From Bryobacterales bacterium (GTDB lineage Bacteria > Acidobacteriota > Terriglobia > Bryobacterales > UBA6623), in contig CBDBIU010000003.1 of assembly GCA_965206025.1 (NCBI GenBank), positions 156,372-220,371 of the forward strand: a stretch of 64,000 nucleotides of DNA. The letters are read 5' to 3'. The translations under genes and the position numbers were made by a program. This document shows, one piece after another, positions 16,840 to 26,091 of this stretch; the stretch's first letter is position 1, and every line of letters begins with the position of its first letter. The notes beneath the pieces are model-generated. The model ran no database searches. It was not told where the DNA came from and saw only the letters and a program-made list of their open reading frames with translations.

Positions 16840-18084
16840 TCAGCACGGCGTGTTCGCGGAACGGAAACTGGCAAACAGCTTCTGCTTGGCTCGCTGCATC
16901 CGGCGGGCCGCCGCCGTGTCGCTTTCGGCCTGGGCAATGCGGCCCAGAGCCTCCAGCCTCTGCCCTGGCTTGAGATAGCTGGCGGCCTCGGGCAACTTCT
17001 CGAAAGATTCCCAAGGCGTCTGGTAGTGGCGGTACACCCGCTTCTGCTTGCCTTTGGCGTCGGTCTTGATCTCGGGCTGTCCGCAGGGCCGGTGGAAGTT
17101 CAAATAGGGATTGAAGTGCTGTTGGTAGAAGCGCTGGATGCGCCCCGCGTGCGGCGCCGCGATGTACGTATATCCCATGTGTTTGCGGATCACCGCGCCG
17201 TTTTTCGATTCCACCAAGCCGTTGTCGTTGGAGTGCCGCGGACGCGACTTGGTCTGTTCGATCAGCAGCTTGTTCAATAGCTTCTCCACCGTGCGATTGA
17301 GGAACTCGCTGCCGTTGTCGGAATGGAAGCCGCGGATACGAAAGGGAAACTGCTCGATCATGGCTTTCAGCAACGGCTCCAGCCAGGCTTCACTGATCGC
17401 GGGCGTGGCGCCGACCACTTGCCACTGGGTGACTTCATCCACGGCATTGATGTGGTAGACGCCCTTGACGCCATCGCGATCCCCTTGATGCACCGTATCC
17501 ACTCGCAGAAAGCCGGGTTGGCCTTGCGGGTCGGGCCGGCGCCGCTCGCCGATCGACACCGCCGTGGGCCGGGTCTTGGTGAAATGCAGCCGCCGCTGGC
17601 GGTAGGCTCTGCGCCGCCGCAGGCGATAGATCTGGGCCACCGAGATCCCCGCCAGCCGCTCGTATTCGCGCTGCTGGTACTGCTGGTATTCCCGCTCGAG
17701 GATCTTGCGCGTGGCCGGGCCGCTGAGGGTTTCGTGGGCCTCGTCCACCGCCGCCAGCAGTTCGACGTCGGCGGGCGTGTACTTGCGGGCAAAGCGATGC
17801 CGCCGGTAGCGGGCGGGTTGGAGTTCTCCGCCCTGCCGGTACTGCTGGATCAGCCGCGTGATTTGCGCCCGGCTCAGTCCGGTCATCTTGACCAGATACT
17901 GCCGCAGCAGCCCTTTGTCGGCGCGGTTTTGGCGGCTGTAGCCGTGCTGGCGAAGCGTGCGCGCCACCCACGTGTAGATCTCGGCCCGCCCTTTGCCTTT
18001 GAATCGAATCTCCTCGCTGGAGTGGAGAAACTGCTGGATCTGTTGCAGGTTCAGCTTGCTGGTGTTTTGCACTTGGATAGTCAA
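16840..18084 (-). CDS. DDE (rve/integrase-core) transposase
   Basis: TTG start, HTH-like N-terminus, catalytic D (RVDTVH), D (FHSDNGSEF), E (NGLVESKN). Confidence 0.93.
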   Translation of the reverse strand: MTIQVQNTSKLNLQQIQQFLHSSEEIRFKGKGRAEIYTWVARTLRQHGYSRQNRADKGLLRQYLVKMTGLSRAQITRLIQQYRQGGELQPARYRRHRFARKYTPADVELLAAVDEAHETLSGPATRKILEREYQQYQQREYERLAGISVAQIYRLRRRRAYRQRRLHFTKTRPTAVSIGERRRPDPQGQPGFLRVDTVHQGDRDGVKGVYHINAVDEVTQWQVVGATPAISEAWLEPLLKAMIEQFPFRIRGFHSDNGSEFLNRTVEKLLNKLLIEQTKSRPRHSNDNGLVESKNGAVIRKHMGYTYIAAPHAGRIQRFYQQHFNPYLNFHRPCGQPEIKTDAKGKQKRVYRHYQTPWESFEKLPEAASYLKPGQRLEALGRIAQAESDTAAARRMQRAKQKLFASFRSANTPC

Positions 18085-18179
18085 TTCCCAGCATGCCCAC
18101 TCCCCGATCCTTCAGGCTCATCTTGTGTGAGAAACAAACTCCTCGTTCAGACTCATCTTGCATGAGACAAGACTCCCGC

Positions 18180-18208
18180 TTGCCGGAGGCGCAGGCCGAT
18201 GTTACACT
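18180..18208 (+). promoter_or_regulatory. Candidate sigma70 promoter for the small-protein/methyltransferase operon, abutting the IS TSD
   Basis: TTGCCG-N17-TACACT with a TG extension. Confidence 0.5.
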
Positions 18209-18249
18209 CTGGATACGAGGAGTTTCCACGCGCGGAAATTGTAGCGTTT

Positions 18250-18447
18250 ATGCTTCGACCCTTGAGTTGGTGCGGACTGGGGTTGCTCACCCTGCCTTGG
18301 CAAGCTCATGCCTACATTGACCCAGGCACCGGCAGCTATTTCCTGCAAGTTCTCGTCGCGGGAATCCTAGGAGCCTCGTTTGCCGTTAAGCACTTCTGGA
18401 AAAACCTCACGGCCTTCTTCCGAAACCTGGGTTCCAAAAAGCGATAA
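18250..18447 (+). CDS. Small membrane protein with YIDPGTGS motif
   Basis: Signal-like N-terminus ending AHA, then YIDPGTGS, a hydrophobic helix and a basic tail; 65 aa from ATG 18250. Confidence 0.75.
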   Translation: MLRPLSWCGLGLLTLPWQAHAYIDPGTGSYFLQVLVAGILGASFAVKHFWKNLTAFFRNLGSKKR

Positions 18448-19843
18448 TTCCCCCGCTGTCAGTCGCAGGCCTGTGGCCAGTTCCTTCCGGGACCCAAGTG
18501 GTTTCGTGTTCCTTCGCGACGGTGTTATCTACCGGCAAGTAAACCATACCTACAGGCAACACTACGATCATTTCATTGAATCAGGCCTTTTTGACGCGCT
18601 CGTCGAACGGGGCCTTCTTATCCCCCATGTAGAGGTTAGCGCCGAATCGAGCGGGGGTGCGGAGGCTTACAAGGTTCTTCGGCCGGAGCGGGTCCCTTTC
18701 ATTTCCTATCCTTACGAATGGTGTTTCAGCCAGTGGAAGGATGCGGCTCTCACCACGCTGGAGATTCAGCGGACGGCCTTCGATTTCGGCATGTGTCTCA
18801 AGGACGCCAGCGCGTTCAACATTCAGTTCGTGGCCGGCCGACCTCTGTTGATCGATACGCTGTCGCTTGAGAAGTATCGGCAGGGGACGCCCTGGATCGC
18901 CTACCGGCAATACTGTGAACACTTCCTGGCCCCCTTGGCGCTGATGGCGCGGCGAGATATTCGACTGGGAAGACTGTTTACAAACCACGTGGACGGCTTG
19001 CCGCTGGATCTCGTCAGCCGCTTGCTGCCCAACAGAACTTGGCTGCGGACGGGTCTGCTGATTCATGTCCATCTTCATGCCAAAAGCCAGCGGAGGTATG
19101 CCAACAAGGAGCGTGGCCGAACAACCGCAAAAATAGGCCGACGCGGATACCTTGGTTTGCTGGACAGCCTGAAATCGGCCACATTGGCTCAGAATTACAA
19201 ACTGAAGGCTTCGGACTGGACCGAGTACTATTCCGACAACAACTACACCGACAAGGCCGGGGAACATAAGAAGTCGCTGGTGCGGGATTTCATCCGGGAA
19301 GTGGATCCCGGGACGACTTGGGATCTCGGAGCGAACGACGGTACGTTCAGTCGCATGGCTGGGGATCAGGGCAGTCTGGCGATCTCGATCGATGCTGATT
19401 TGCCCTCCGTGGAAGCGAATTACCAGCGATGCCGGCGGGAGAATCGGGACAACGTCTTGCCCTTGTGTGTTGACTTGACGAATCCAACCCCTGCGCTGGG
19501 GTGGGCTGGGGAAGAGCGCATGACGCTTCTTTCCAGAGGGAAGCCGGACCTGGTGTTGGCACTGGCCTTGATTCATCATCTGGCTATCGGCAATAACACG
19601 CCGCTCGAGCGCATAGCGGAACTTTTGGCGCGGATAGGCCGCCACCTAGTTGTTGAGTTTGTCCCCAAAGAAGATTCGCAACTTCAGCGCCTGTTGGCTT
19701 TTCGGGACGATGTGTTTGACCGCTATACACGGGAGGACTTCGAGGAGGTCTTTGGCCGCTTCTTTTCCGTGCTCCGCCGCGAAGCGATCCACGAATCCGT
19801 GAGGACTCTCTACTTGATGCGGTTGAGGGATGATCGGCCATGA
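18380..19843 (+). CDS. NoeA-like SAM-dependent methyltransferase (true start probably about 18460-18475)
   Basis: SSFRDPSGFVF, ISYPYEWCFSQWKDAAL, LKDASAFNIQF, SAM motif WDLGANDGTFS, LALALIHHLAIGNN. Confidence 0.85.
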   Translation: MPLSTSGKTSRPSSETWVPKSDNSPAVSRRPVASSFRDPSGFVFLRDGVIYRQVNHTYRQHYDHFIESGLFDALVERGLLIPHVEVSAESSGGAEAYKVLRPERVPFISYPYEWCFSQWKDAALTTLEIQRTAFDFGMCLKDASAFNIQFVAGRPLLIDTLSLEKYRQGTPWIAYRQYCEHFLAPLALMARRDIRLGRLFTNHVDGLPLDLVSRLLPNRTWLRTGLLIHVHLHAKSQRRYANKERGRTTAKIGRRGYLGLLDSLKSATLAQNYKLKASDWTEYYSDNNYTDKAGEHKKSLVRDFIREVDPGTTWDLGANDGTFSRMAGDQGSLAISIDADLPSVEANYQRCRRENRDNVLPLCVDLTNPTPALGWAGEERMTLLSRGKPDLVLALALIHHLAIGNNTPLERIAELLARIGRHLVVEFVPKEDSQLQRLLAFRDDVFDRYTREDFEEVFGRFFSVLRREAIHESVRTLYLMRLRDDRP

Positions 19844-19910
19844 AGAGGCAGCCGTGATTCACGCGGCGCTGTTCTCCGCGTATCCAATCGTTCGTCTCTA
19901 CTTTGCGCTT
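19840..19910 (+). pseudogene. Frameshifted and truncated start of a third operon gene (membrane protein N-terminus)
   Basis: ATG overlaps the methyltransferase stop (ATGA). MKRQP continues after a 1-nt slip as VIHAALFSAYPIVRLYF, then similarity is lost. Confidence 0.4.
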
Positions 19911-20040
19911 GCGCGGTGCCGCTGCTACGCTGGTAGCTGTAACAATTTCGGCGCCGGCGTCCTCGTTACGGACCAGAACAAGAGCTCGCTTGGCGCCGTA
20001 ACAGGATGCCCGGTTGCTGCGAACAAGAAGGGGTGAAGCC

Positions 20041-20490
20041 GTGAGTCGCCTCACAGGCAGTTCGAGAAAGCTCGCCGGGCTGTTTGTTTGCCTGGTCCTT
20101 GTTCCCGCGGATTCTTTCTTGCTCTCGCTCGCCGGCTCTCAACCGACGTGTCACGAACACGGGCAAAATTGTCGCTGTGTATTGGCTTGCAGCCGCGCTG
20201 AGCATCAGCACGCGCCCAAGCCTCAAGCCGCGGCAAGCTGTCACCGAAAGTCGATCGGAGAAGATTCCCACTTGAGCAAGGAAGTCCCGGCGCCCTCGAA
20301 GAACAAGGCTGCTTGGACAACGTGCAGCCGTCCCAAGATCGACGCTACGACGCTCGACGAGACTGTTTACCTCATCGCGGGACTGTCGATCCAAACCGAC
20401 CTGACGATCGAAGATTCCGTTGACCCCGAGCCGCGTGTCGGGACCGCTCTGCTTCCCGCCGCCCCCCCCTCGCCCCCTCCCCAAGCCTGA
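20041..20490 (+). CDS. Cys/His-rich exported small protein with polyproline C-terminus (DUF2946/CutF/CruR-like leader candidate)
   Basis: GTG after AAGGGG, hydrophobic N-terminus, CHEHGQNCRCVLAC..HQH..CH, C-terminal PAAPPSPPPQA, located upstream of a TonB-dependent receptor. Confidence 0.65.
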   Translation: MSRLTGSSRKLAGLFVCLVLVPADSFLLSLAGSQPTCHEHGQNCRCVLACSRAEHQHAPKPQAAASCHRKSIGEDSHLSKEVPAPSKNKAAWTTCSRPKIDATTLDETVYLIAGLSIQTDLTIEDSVDPEPRVGTALLPAAPPSPPPQA

Positions 20491-20596
20491 AGTCCACGTA
20501 TTGGTGTCGAAAGTGTGGGCGGGCATTTCCGTTTTGCCCGAGTTAGGCCGTGTGTAGTCTCCGGGCGGCCTTTGGCGTCCAAGATCTGGTGTTTTG

Positions 20597-21052
20597 GGCT
20601 CTTCTGGGATTTTAGTGGCTGGCGGCGGTGAGTGACGGATCCCTCGCCACTGTGAGGCCGACCTCCCGGAGCCTGCTTCGGTGCCATTCAAGGGCTTCGT
20701 GACAACTCTACGGCCCCCAAGGCCGGGCGGCGACTGCGTTGGCCAAAAAGAATTACTGATAAACAAAGGGTTACGAGTAGAGCAAGGCTGCTGGCAGGTA
20801 GTCGTACAGTCTCCCGAAGGCTGTGAAATGCGGATCCACAACTGTCATCCAGTGGCCACACTCAAAGAGATAACTCCCTGTTTATCAGTGTCTTATTCCC
20901 TTTACGAGTTGCCCACGACCGGACTGGCGTGTAGGGTATTTGGGGATTTCTTGGCCGCCTTTTGGGCTCCGATGTGACTGCGGGCGACGTCGGGTCGGCA
21001 GGATGGAGGAGCCGGCTACCCGTTGGCCACCCACTAAAAACCCGGAAGAGCC
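20597..21052 (-). mobile_element. 456-bp MITE, copy 2
   Basis: Same TIRs in inverted orientation; 8-bp TSD GTGTTTTG at 20589-20596 and 21053-21060; at least one substitution versus copy 1. Confidence 0.95.
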
Positions 21053-21165
21053 GTGTTTTGAGATTCGTGAAGTGCGCTGGATCGCCTTTCGCGCTGCGCT
21101 GTTCAGGTATTGACAGGCATTTACTGAATCTCGCGAATCATGGTGACATGGCCCGTCTTCAGACT

Positions 21166-21189
21166 GTAGGGGCACAGCATGCTGTGCCC
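21166..21189 (+). repeat. GTAG-type REP
   Basis: GTAG followed by the perfect palindrome GGGCACAGCATGCTGTGCCC. Confidence 0.7.
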
Positions 21190-21230
21190 GTGTTCCAAAG
21201 TCACTGTATTTTGCGAGTCTCAATAAGAGA

Positions 21231-23813
21231 GTGATCGCAGTGAGCTTACGTTTGCCGAGGGAATTAACGCGGGCAGTCCGAATCTGCCGTATGGCTCTTC
21301 TTGTCACATGGGCCATGGTCGGCACTGCCGCTGCGCAGCAGTCAATCGTTGGAAAGATTCAAGATGCAACGACGGGCAAAGCTCTAGCTGGAACTGCGAT
21401 CACGATCAACGACCGCGGGTCCCCGGTCCGGGAGTCGGCGACATCGGGGCCGACGGGCGGTTTCTTGTTGGTCGGACTGCCCCCGAGCGATTATGAGGTG
21501 ACCGTCTCCGCGGAAGGTTACCTGACGGAGCGTTTTCACATCACGCTGATACCCCGCCAAGTGCTGCTACTCGACGTCCGCCTCTCGCCTGCGAAAGCCG
21601 AGGGTCAAAGCATAGAAGTGACCGCGTCAACGGCTCATCTCGACCCGGGACGGGCGCAAACATCGGTTGCCCTCGGCCGGAAGGACTTTGAGGAGATTCC
21701 GGCACACCATCAAGCGGACATACCCAAACTGGTGGCGCGCCTTGTACCAGGCGCCGTTCTAGGCCACGACAATTTCATCCATCTCAAGGGCAACGAACTT
21801 TCCCTGCACCAGTCGCTCGACGGCGTCGCCTTCCTTGACAACCCGCAGCACCATTTCTCGCCCGGCTACAGCACCCGAATCATCGAATCCGTCAATGTAA
21901 TTACGGGTGGGCTGCCGGCCGAATTCGGCAACCGTTTGGGAGGTGTGCTCGACATCGTTACCAAGAGCGGAAGGACCTTCCAGGGCGGATCGCTGAGTTT
22001 GGGAGGAAGCACAATTATTGGGCGAAACGGAGCGTTTGAGTACGGCCTGGGCGGCAGCAAGTGGGATGCCTATTTTTTCTCCTCCGGGTTCAGCGATGGG
22101 CGATTCCTAAATCCGCCGCAACCGAGCGAGATCCACGACCTGGGCTACGGGTCGCGAAGTTTCTTCAAGCTTGGCTACCTGGCCAGCGAGAAGGACCGGT
22201 TGAGTCTCACGATATCGGGAGGCGGCGCGAACCTTGAGCTCCCGACGACAACGGAAGAATGGCTCGTAGGACGCGACTCTTCACGTCGTACTCGCGAAAC
22301 CTCCGCCATCTTGCGCTGGCAGCGCACCCCGTCTCCGCGGGCGCTGCTGAGCACGTCACTCTACCAGCGATACGCTTCCAACCGCTTGGTCCCAACGAGT
22401 GACCCGGTTAACCCGTTTGCGCGGGGGTTCCTGCGAACGCTGACGCAAGGCGTGAAGGTAGACGCGTTGATCCATAGAGGCAACCACAACATCAAGATGG
22501 GTGTTGACTTGGCAATGTTCAGTCCCAACGAAGACCTGGCGTTCGATCCACGGGAACTGGAGGACGAGCATGCCGAGGATCATGAGGACGAAGGCACCCA
22601 CTCGGAACTTCGCTTCGGCTTGGCCCGACAGGCGGCTGTTGCCGCCGGCCCTAGCTTTCCGCCGCGTGTCTTCAGCGGAGTGGAAGCCGAAGCTCTCGAC
22701 TTCCGCGGCCGACGGCGAGGCGGCGAGGGCGGCATCTATATACAGGACCGCTTTTCGCCATTCCCCAACTTCACGGTGCATGCCGGTGTACGCTATGACC
22801 GCTACAGCCTGGTGGTGACCGACGACTTGATCAGTCCGCGTCTCGGCTTGAGCTACCATTTTCCGCGGACCGGCACTGTGTTCCGGGCCATCTACAACCG
22901 CTACTTTGTGCCTCCGCCCCTCGAGTACATTCAACTGGCCTCAGCTTTCGGAACCGGTGGCATGGAGGAGGCTCACGGCGAGGAGCACGCGATTGCGGCG
23001 GTCGTATCGGGTGCGGTCTTCTCCGCCGGTGATGATCACGAAGAAGGCGAAGAGTTGCTCGGGCCGGTTCGGTCGCTGACCCAGCACTATTTCGAGTTCG
23101 GTATGCAGCAGCCGTTGCATCCCAGTATGGTCCTGGATGTTTCCGGCTATCATCACCAGGGCCGGAATGCTTACGAAAACGTCGAGTTGTCCAGTACACG
23201 CGTGTTCCTACCGACGGCGTTTGACCGCGAAAGAACTTGGGGCAGCGATGTATCGTTGCGGTTGAAGCCACTGGGCAAGCTGGGATTATTCGGGTACCTA
23301 AACTACAGTCACCTGGTCACAAACTTCTTCGGGCCGGTATCGGGGGGGGGGGCGGGCGAGGGAGCCTTGCCGGGACAGCAAATCACTCCTGCCTTTGACC
23401 AGCGCCATACAGGCTCGGCGTCCATCGGTTATCGGCATCACCCAAGCGGGCTTAACGTGGGCTTCGCGAGCGGATATGGAAGTGGAACCCCGACAGAACT
23501 GGGGCACGGAGAGCCGGGAGTGCAAACGGCTGCCGTGAGCCGGCCCGCCCACCTTCTACTACCGGGTCGTGTGCTCTCCGGCAGCGAGGCGGGGGAGGGT
23601 GAAGCAGTCGTCGTGCGACTTCCTTCTCACTGGACTTTTGACATCTGGGGCGGAGCGACAATATGGAAATCGGAGCCGAAATCAGTTGCTCTGGAATTTA
23701 GCGTTGAGAACGTGGGGAACCGGGTCTTTGGAATCGCCAAGGAGAGCGAAACGACGCCGATTCAGTACTCGGGGCGGCGTCGGTTTTCGGGGCAATTGAA
23801 GTTCCGGTTCTGA
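21231..23813 (+). CDS. TonB-dependent receptor with carboxypeptidase-regulatory-like N-domain and His/acidic loops (metal uptake candidate)
   Basis: Signal peptide (alternative start ATG 21291), plug motif ITGGLPAEFGNRLGGVLDIVTKSG, His/Glu/Asp inserts EDEHAEDHEDEGTH and EEAHGEEH..DDHEEGEE, C-terminal aromatic KFRF. Confidence 0.92.
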   Translation: MIAVSLRLPRELTRAVRICRMALLVTWAMVGTAAAQQSIVGKIQDATTGKALAGTAITINDRGSPVRESATSGPTGGFLLVGLPPSDYEVTVSAEGYLTERFHITLIPRQVLLLDVRLSPAKAEGQSIEVTASTAHLDPGRAQTSVALGRKDFEEIPAHHQADIPKLVARLVPGAVLGHDNFIHLKGNELSLHQSLDGVAFLDNPQHHFSPGYSTRIIESVNVITGGLPAEFGNRLGGVLDIVTKSGRTFQGGSLSLGGSTIIGRNGAFEYGLGGSKWDAYFFSSGFSDGRFLNPPQPSEIHDLGYGSRSFFKLGYLASEKDRLSLTISGGGANLELPTTTEEWLVGRDSSRRTRETSAILRWQRTPSPRALLSTSLYQRYASNRLVPTSDPVNPFARGFLRTLTQGVKVDALIHRGNHNIKMGVDLAMFSPNEDLAFDPRELEDEHAEDHEDEGTHSELRFGLARQAAVAAGPSFPPRVFSGVEAEALDFRGRRRGGEGGIYIQDRFSPFPNFTVHAGVRYDRYSLVVTDDLISPRLGLSYHFPRTGTVFRAIYNRYFVPPPLEYIQLASAFGTGGMEEAHGEEHAIAAVVSGAVFSAGDDHEEGEELLGPVRSLTQHYFEFGMQQPLHPSMVLDVSGYHHQGRNAYENVELSSTRVFLPTAFDRERTWGSDVSLRLKPLGKLGLFGYLNYSHLVTNFFGPVSGGGAGEGALPGQQITPAFDQRHTGSASIGYRHHPSGLNVGFASGYGSGTPTELGHGEPGVQTAAVSRPAHLLLPGRVLSGSEAGEGEAVVVRLPSHWTFDIWGGATIWKSEPKSVALEFSVENVGNRVFGIAKESETTPIQYSGRRRFSGQLKFRF
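23342..23352 (+). repeat. G11 homopolymer inside the TBDR ORF (in frame)
   Basis: TCGGGGGGGGGGGCG, encoding SGGGA. Confidence 0.85.
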
Positions 23814-23843
23814 GGAGAAAAACTTGTCGCCGGTCTCCGCGCG

Positions 23844-24596
23844 CTACTTGGAATCGCCTGCGGCCGCGGCGACGTTAGCCACCAGAACGGCCGTGGTATT
23901 GTCCGGCGCACCCTCTTCAAGCGCAGCCCGGATCAGCGCTTCACACCTGGTTTGCAACGGTTCGGGTTGGGTGAGGATGGCCGCCAATCGCTCCTCCCCG
24001 ATGACGCCGTGGAGGCCGTCGGAGCAGAGCAACAAAAGGTCGCCGGGCGCAAAATCGATCTCGTGAGTCTGGACTTCGACGTTGTCGGCGGCTCCGACGG
24101 CTTTGGTGAGGACGTTGCGGTAGGGATGTGTACGGAGCTGGTCGTCGGTCAAACCGAGTCCTCGGCCGATGTCGTTGACCCAGTTGTGGTCGGTCGTCAC
24201 GCAGAAGAGTTCGCCGCGTCTTTGCAGGTAGACTCGGCTGTCTCCCACGCTCGCGATGTGCGCTTTGGGAAGTTTGATCAGCGCCGCCACCACGGTCGTT
24301 CCCATGCCCGTATAGGCGGCGTCTTCCCCGGCCTTGGCGCGTACTCTTGTGTTGGCCATCTCAATGGCGCGGGATAAGGCGTCGGCGGACGTTCGCTCCC
24401 CGGCCGATTCGATTTCCGAGACCAGCGTGTCCGCGGTAATCTGGGAAGCCAGCTCACCGGCTTGGGCGCCTCCCATGCCGTCCGCCACCAAGTACAGGTC
24501 CGACTCCGGTTTGGTCACAAAACGGTCTTCGTTGTTGGTACGCACCAATCCCACATGCGACATGCCGAAAGAGTCAATGATGGGCGGCGCGGGCAT
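23844..24596 (-). CDS. PP2C/PPM Ser/Thr protein phosphatase
   Basis: GLVRTNNEDRF, VADGMGG, GMGTT, VGDSRVY, LLLCSDGLHG, GAPDNTT. Confidence 0.95.
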   Translation of the reverse strand: MPAPPIIDSFGMSHVGLVRTNNEDRFVTKPESDLYLVADGMGGAQAGELASQITADTLVSEIESAGERTSADALSRAIEMANTRVRAKAGEDAAYTGMGTTVVAALIKLPKAHIASVGDSRVYLQRRGELFCVTTDHNWVNDIGRGLGLTDDQLRTHPYRNVLTKAVGAADNVEVQTHEIDFAPGDLLLLCSDGLHGVIGEERLAAILTQPEPLQTRCEALIRAALEEGAPDNTTAVLVANVAAAAGDSK

Positions 24597-24631
24597 CTTA
24601 GCGGTATCTCGAAGTGGTCTCCCCGATCTCC

Positions 24632-25576
24632 TTACGAGGGGGCGGCCTGGCGGACTCGGCCCGGCAGCCCGTCTACCTGCACGCCGGTTCCTGGGTCCGC
24701 TGCTTCACGCCGCAGAACGGCAAAGCCCGCCACGCAACCGAGTCGCGGTGAAAAGGCCGGGCTGGTCAGCCGCCCTACTTCTTTATCTTCCACAATGACG
24801 GGCGATCCTTCCAGCGGCACCTCGTCGCCCGCCAGCTCCAGGCCGACGAGCAATCGATTGACTTGGCCTCTCGAACGGACTCTTTCGACGATCTCCTGGC
24901 CGAGGTAGCAACCTTTTGTGAACGACAACCCGTGAAGCTGCTGCGTTTCGTGCGGCAGATGATTGTCAAAGTCACTGCCGCATCGCGGAACCTGGTTTTC
25001 GACGCGCACCACGCGGTAATCCTCCTCGGTTGCCGCCGCCGCTCCGGCCGCTTCGAGACTTGTGACGAGCCCTGCTTTTTGCGCCGGCTCGAGGAGAATC
25101 GAAACCCCCGGTTGGCCGCTGAGGGAGCTACGAAACATGCGCACGCCGCCGCAGCTGCTTTGGGAGTGCGGCGCTGGTTCGGGAAGCTGCCCGCCGACGA
25201 CCTCACTCGCTATCGAGTCGGCGCGCGGACCTTCCAGAGCAATCATCGTCGATCGGGGCGCCAGATCTTCCAACGCCACGTCATCCATGATGATGAACTT
25301 TTCAAGGTGCCGCAGAAGACCTGGTCCCCGCTCGGGCTCGCAATCGAGCAAGACGTGGTCTTCCGATACGTAAATACGGCTGTCGGTCTGAATCTGTCCC
25401 TGAGCGTTTAGAAAAAAACCATAGGCGCCGCCGCCGGGGCGTAGACTCTCGATATCGTTGCTGCACATGGCGTGGAGCAGCCCAACCCGATCCTCGCCCG
25501 TGGCGCGAATCCTGCCGCGCGAGGAGACGTCAAGCCACGCCGCCGACTGGCGCAGCGCTTCGTAACCGTTGCTCAT
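24632..25576 (-). CDS. ygfZ: Folate-binding Fe-S repair/tRNA-modifying protein YgfZ (GcvT family)
   Basis: GEDRVGLLHAMCSND, signature SFTKGCYLGQEIVER. Confidence 0.92.
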   Translation of the reverse strand: MSNGYEALRQSAAWLDVSSRGRIRATGEDRVGLLHAMCSNDIESLRPGGGAYGFFLNAQGQIQTDSRIYVSEDHVLLDCEPERGPGLLRHLEKFIIMDDVALEDLAPRSTMIALEGPRADSIASEVVGGQLPEPAPHSQSSCGGVRMFRSSLSGQPGVSILLEPAQKAGLVTSLEAAGAAAATEEDYRVVRVENQVPRCGSDFDNHLPHETQQLHGLSFTKGCYLGQEIVERVRSRGQVNRLLVGLELAGDEVPLEGSPVIVEDKEVGRLTSPAFSPRLGCVAGFAVLRREAADPGTGVQVDGLPGRVRQAAPS

Positions 25577-25577
25577 C

Positions 25578-26009
25578 TCAACTGTGGAGCGTTTTCAGGT
25601 AGGCCCCCAGGGCGAGTACGATCAACCCCGAAATGACGGCGCCGGTCATCAGACGGGACCGTTTGGCGTCACGGGCGGCGTCTCCGCTCGGGGGAGTGGA
25701 AGTTAGGAAAAGCATCCCGAAGATGTGCAGCGCCAGCAGAAATTTGATGCCGAAAGCCATGTGGTAGGCCGTGACCACTCCTCCTTGAAGAACACCAAGC
25801 AGGTTGTAAATACCCGTGGCCAACAGGATGACGATCACCCCAACCACAATGGGCCGAAAGCGCGCGGAGAGCTGGGTCAGCACCCGTGTGCGCTGGTCCG
25901 CGTCAAGAACCTCAAGGGAAGGACTTACGATGAGGCGTGCGTAGATGAGACCTCCGACAGCCACCGCGGCTGCCAGTATGTGAAGCCAGCGGCTGAGAAT
26001 ATCGACCAC
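25578..26009 (-). CDS. Small 4-TM membrane protein (CopD/DUF4149-like)
   Basis: RWLHILAAAVAVGG, four hydrophobic helices, KFLLALH. Confidence 0.7.
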   Translation of the reverse strand: MVDILSRWLHILAAAVAVGGLIYARLIVSPSLEVLDADQRTRVLTQLSARFRPIVVGVIVILLATGIYNLLGVLQGGVVTAYHMAFGIKFLLALHIFGMLFLTSTPPSGDAARDAKRSRLMTGAVISGLIVLALGAYLKTLHS

Positions 26010-26091
26010 GAAACCTCCTTGTCCCTACGCGCACCCGCCAAAACAACTTCTTGCCAGGAGACAACCGGGGAACTTGCTATTATACCCCCCG

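Larger units (their letters stand above)
16604..18174 (-). mobile_element. 1,571-bp insertion sequence, copy 1 (DDE/rve transposase, ISNCY-like)
   Basis: Ends AGTCTTGTCTCAT / ATGAGAAAATGCT form imperfect TIRs; 5-bp TSD CCCGC at 16599-16603 and 18175-18179; near-identical to 57655-59225. Confidence 0.93.
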
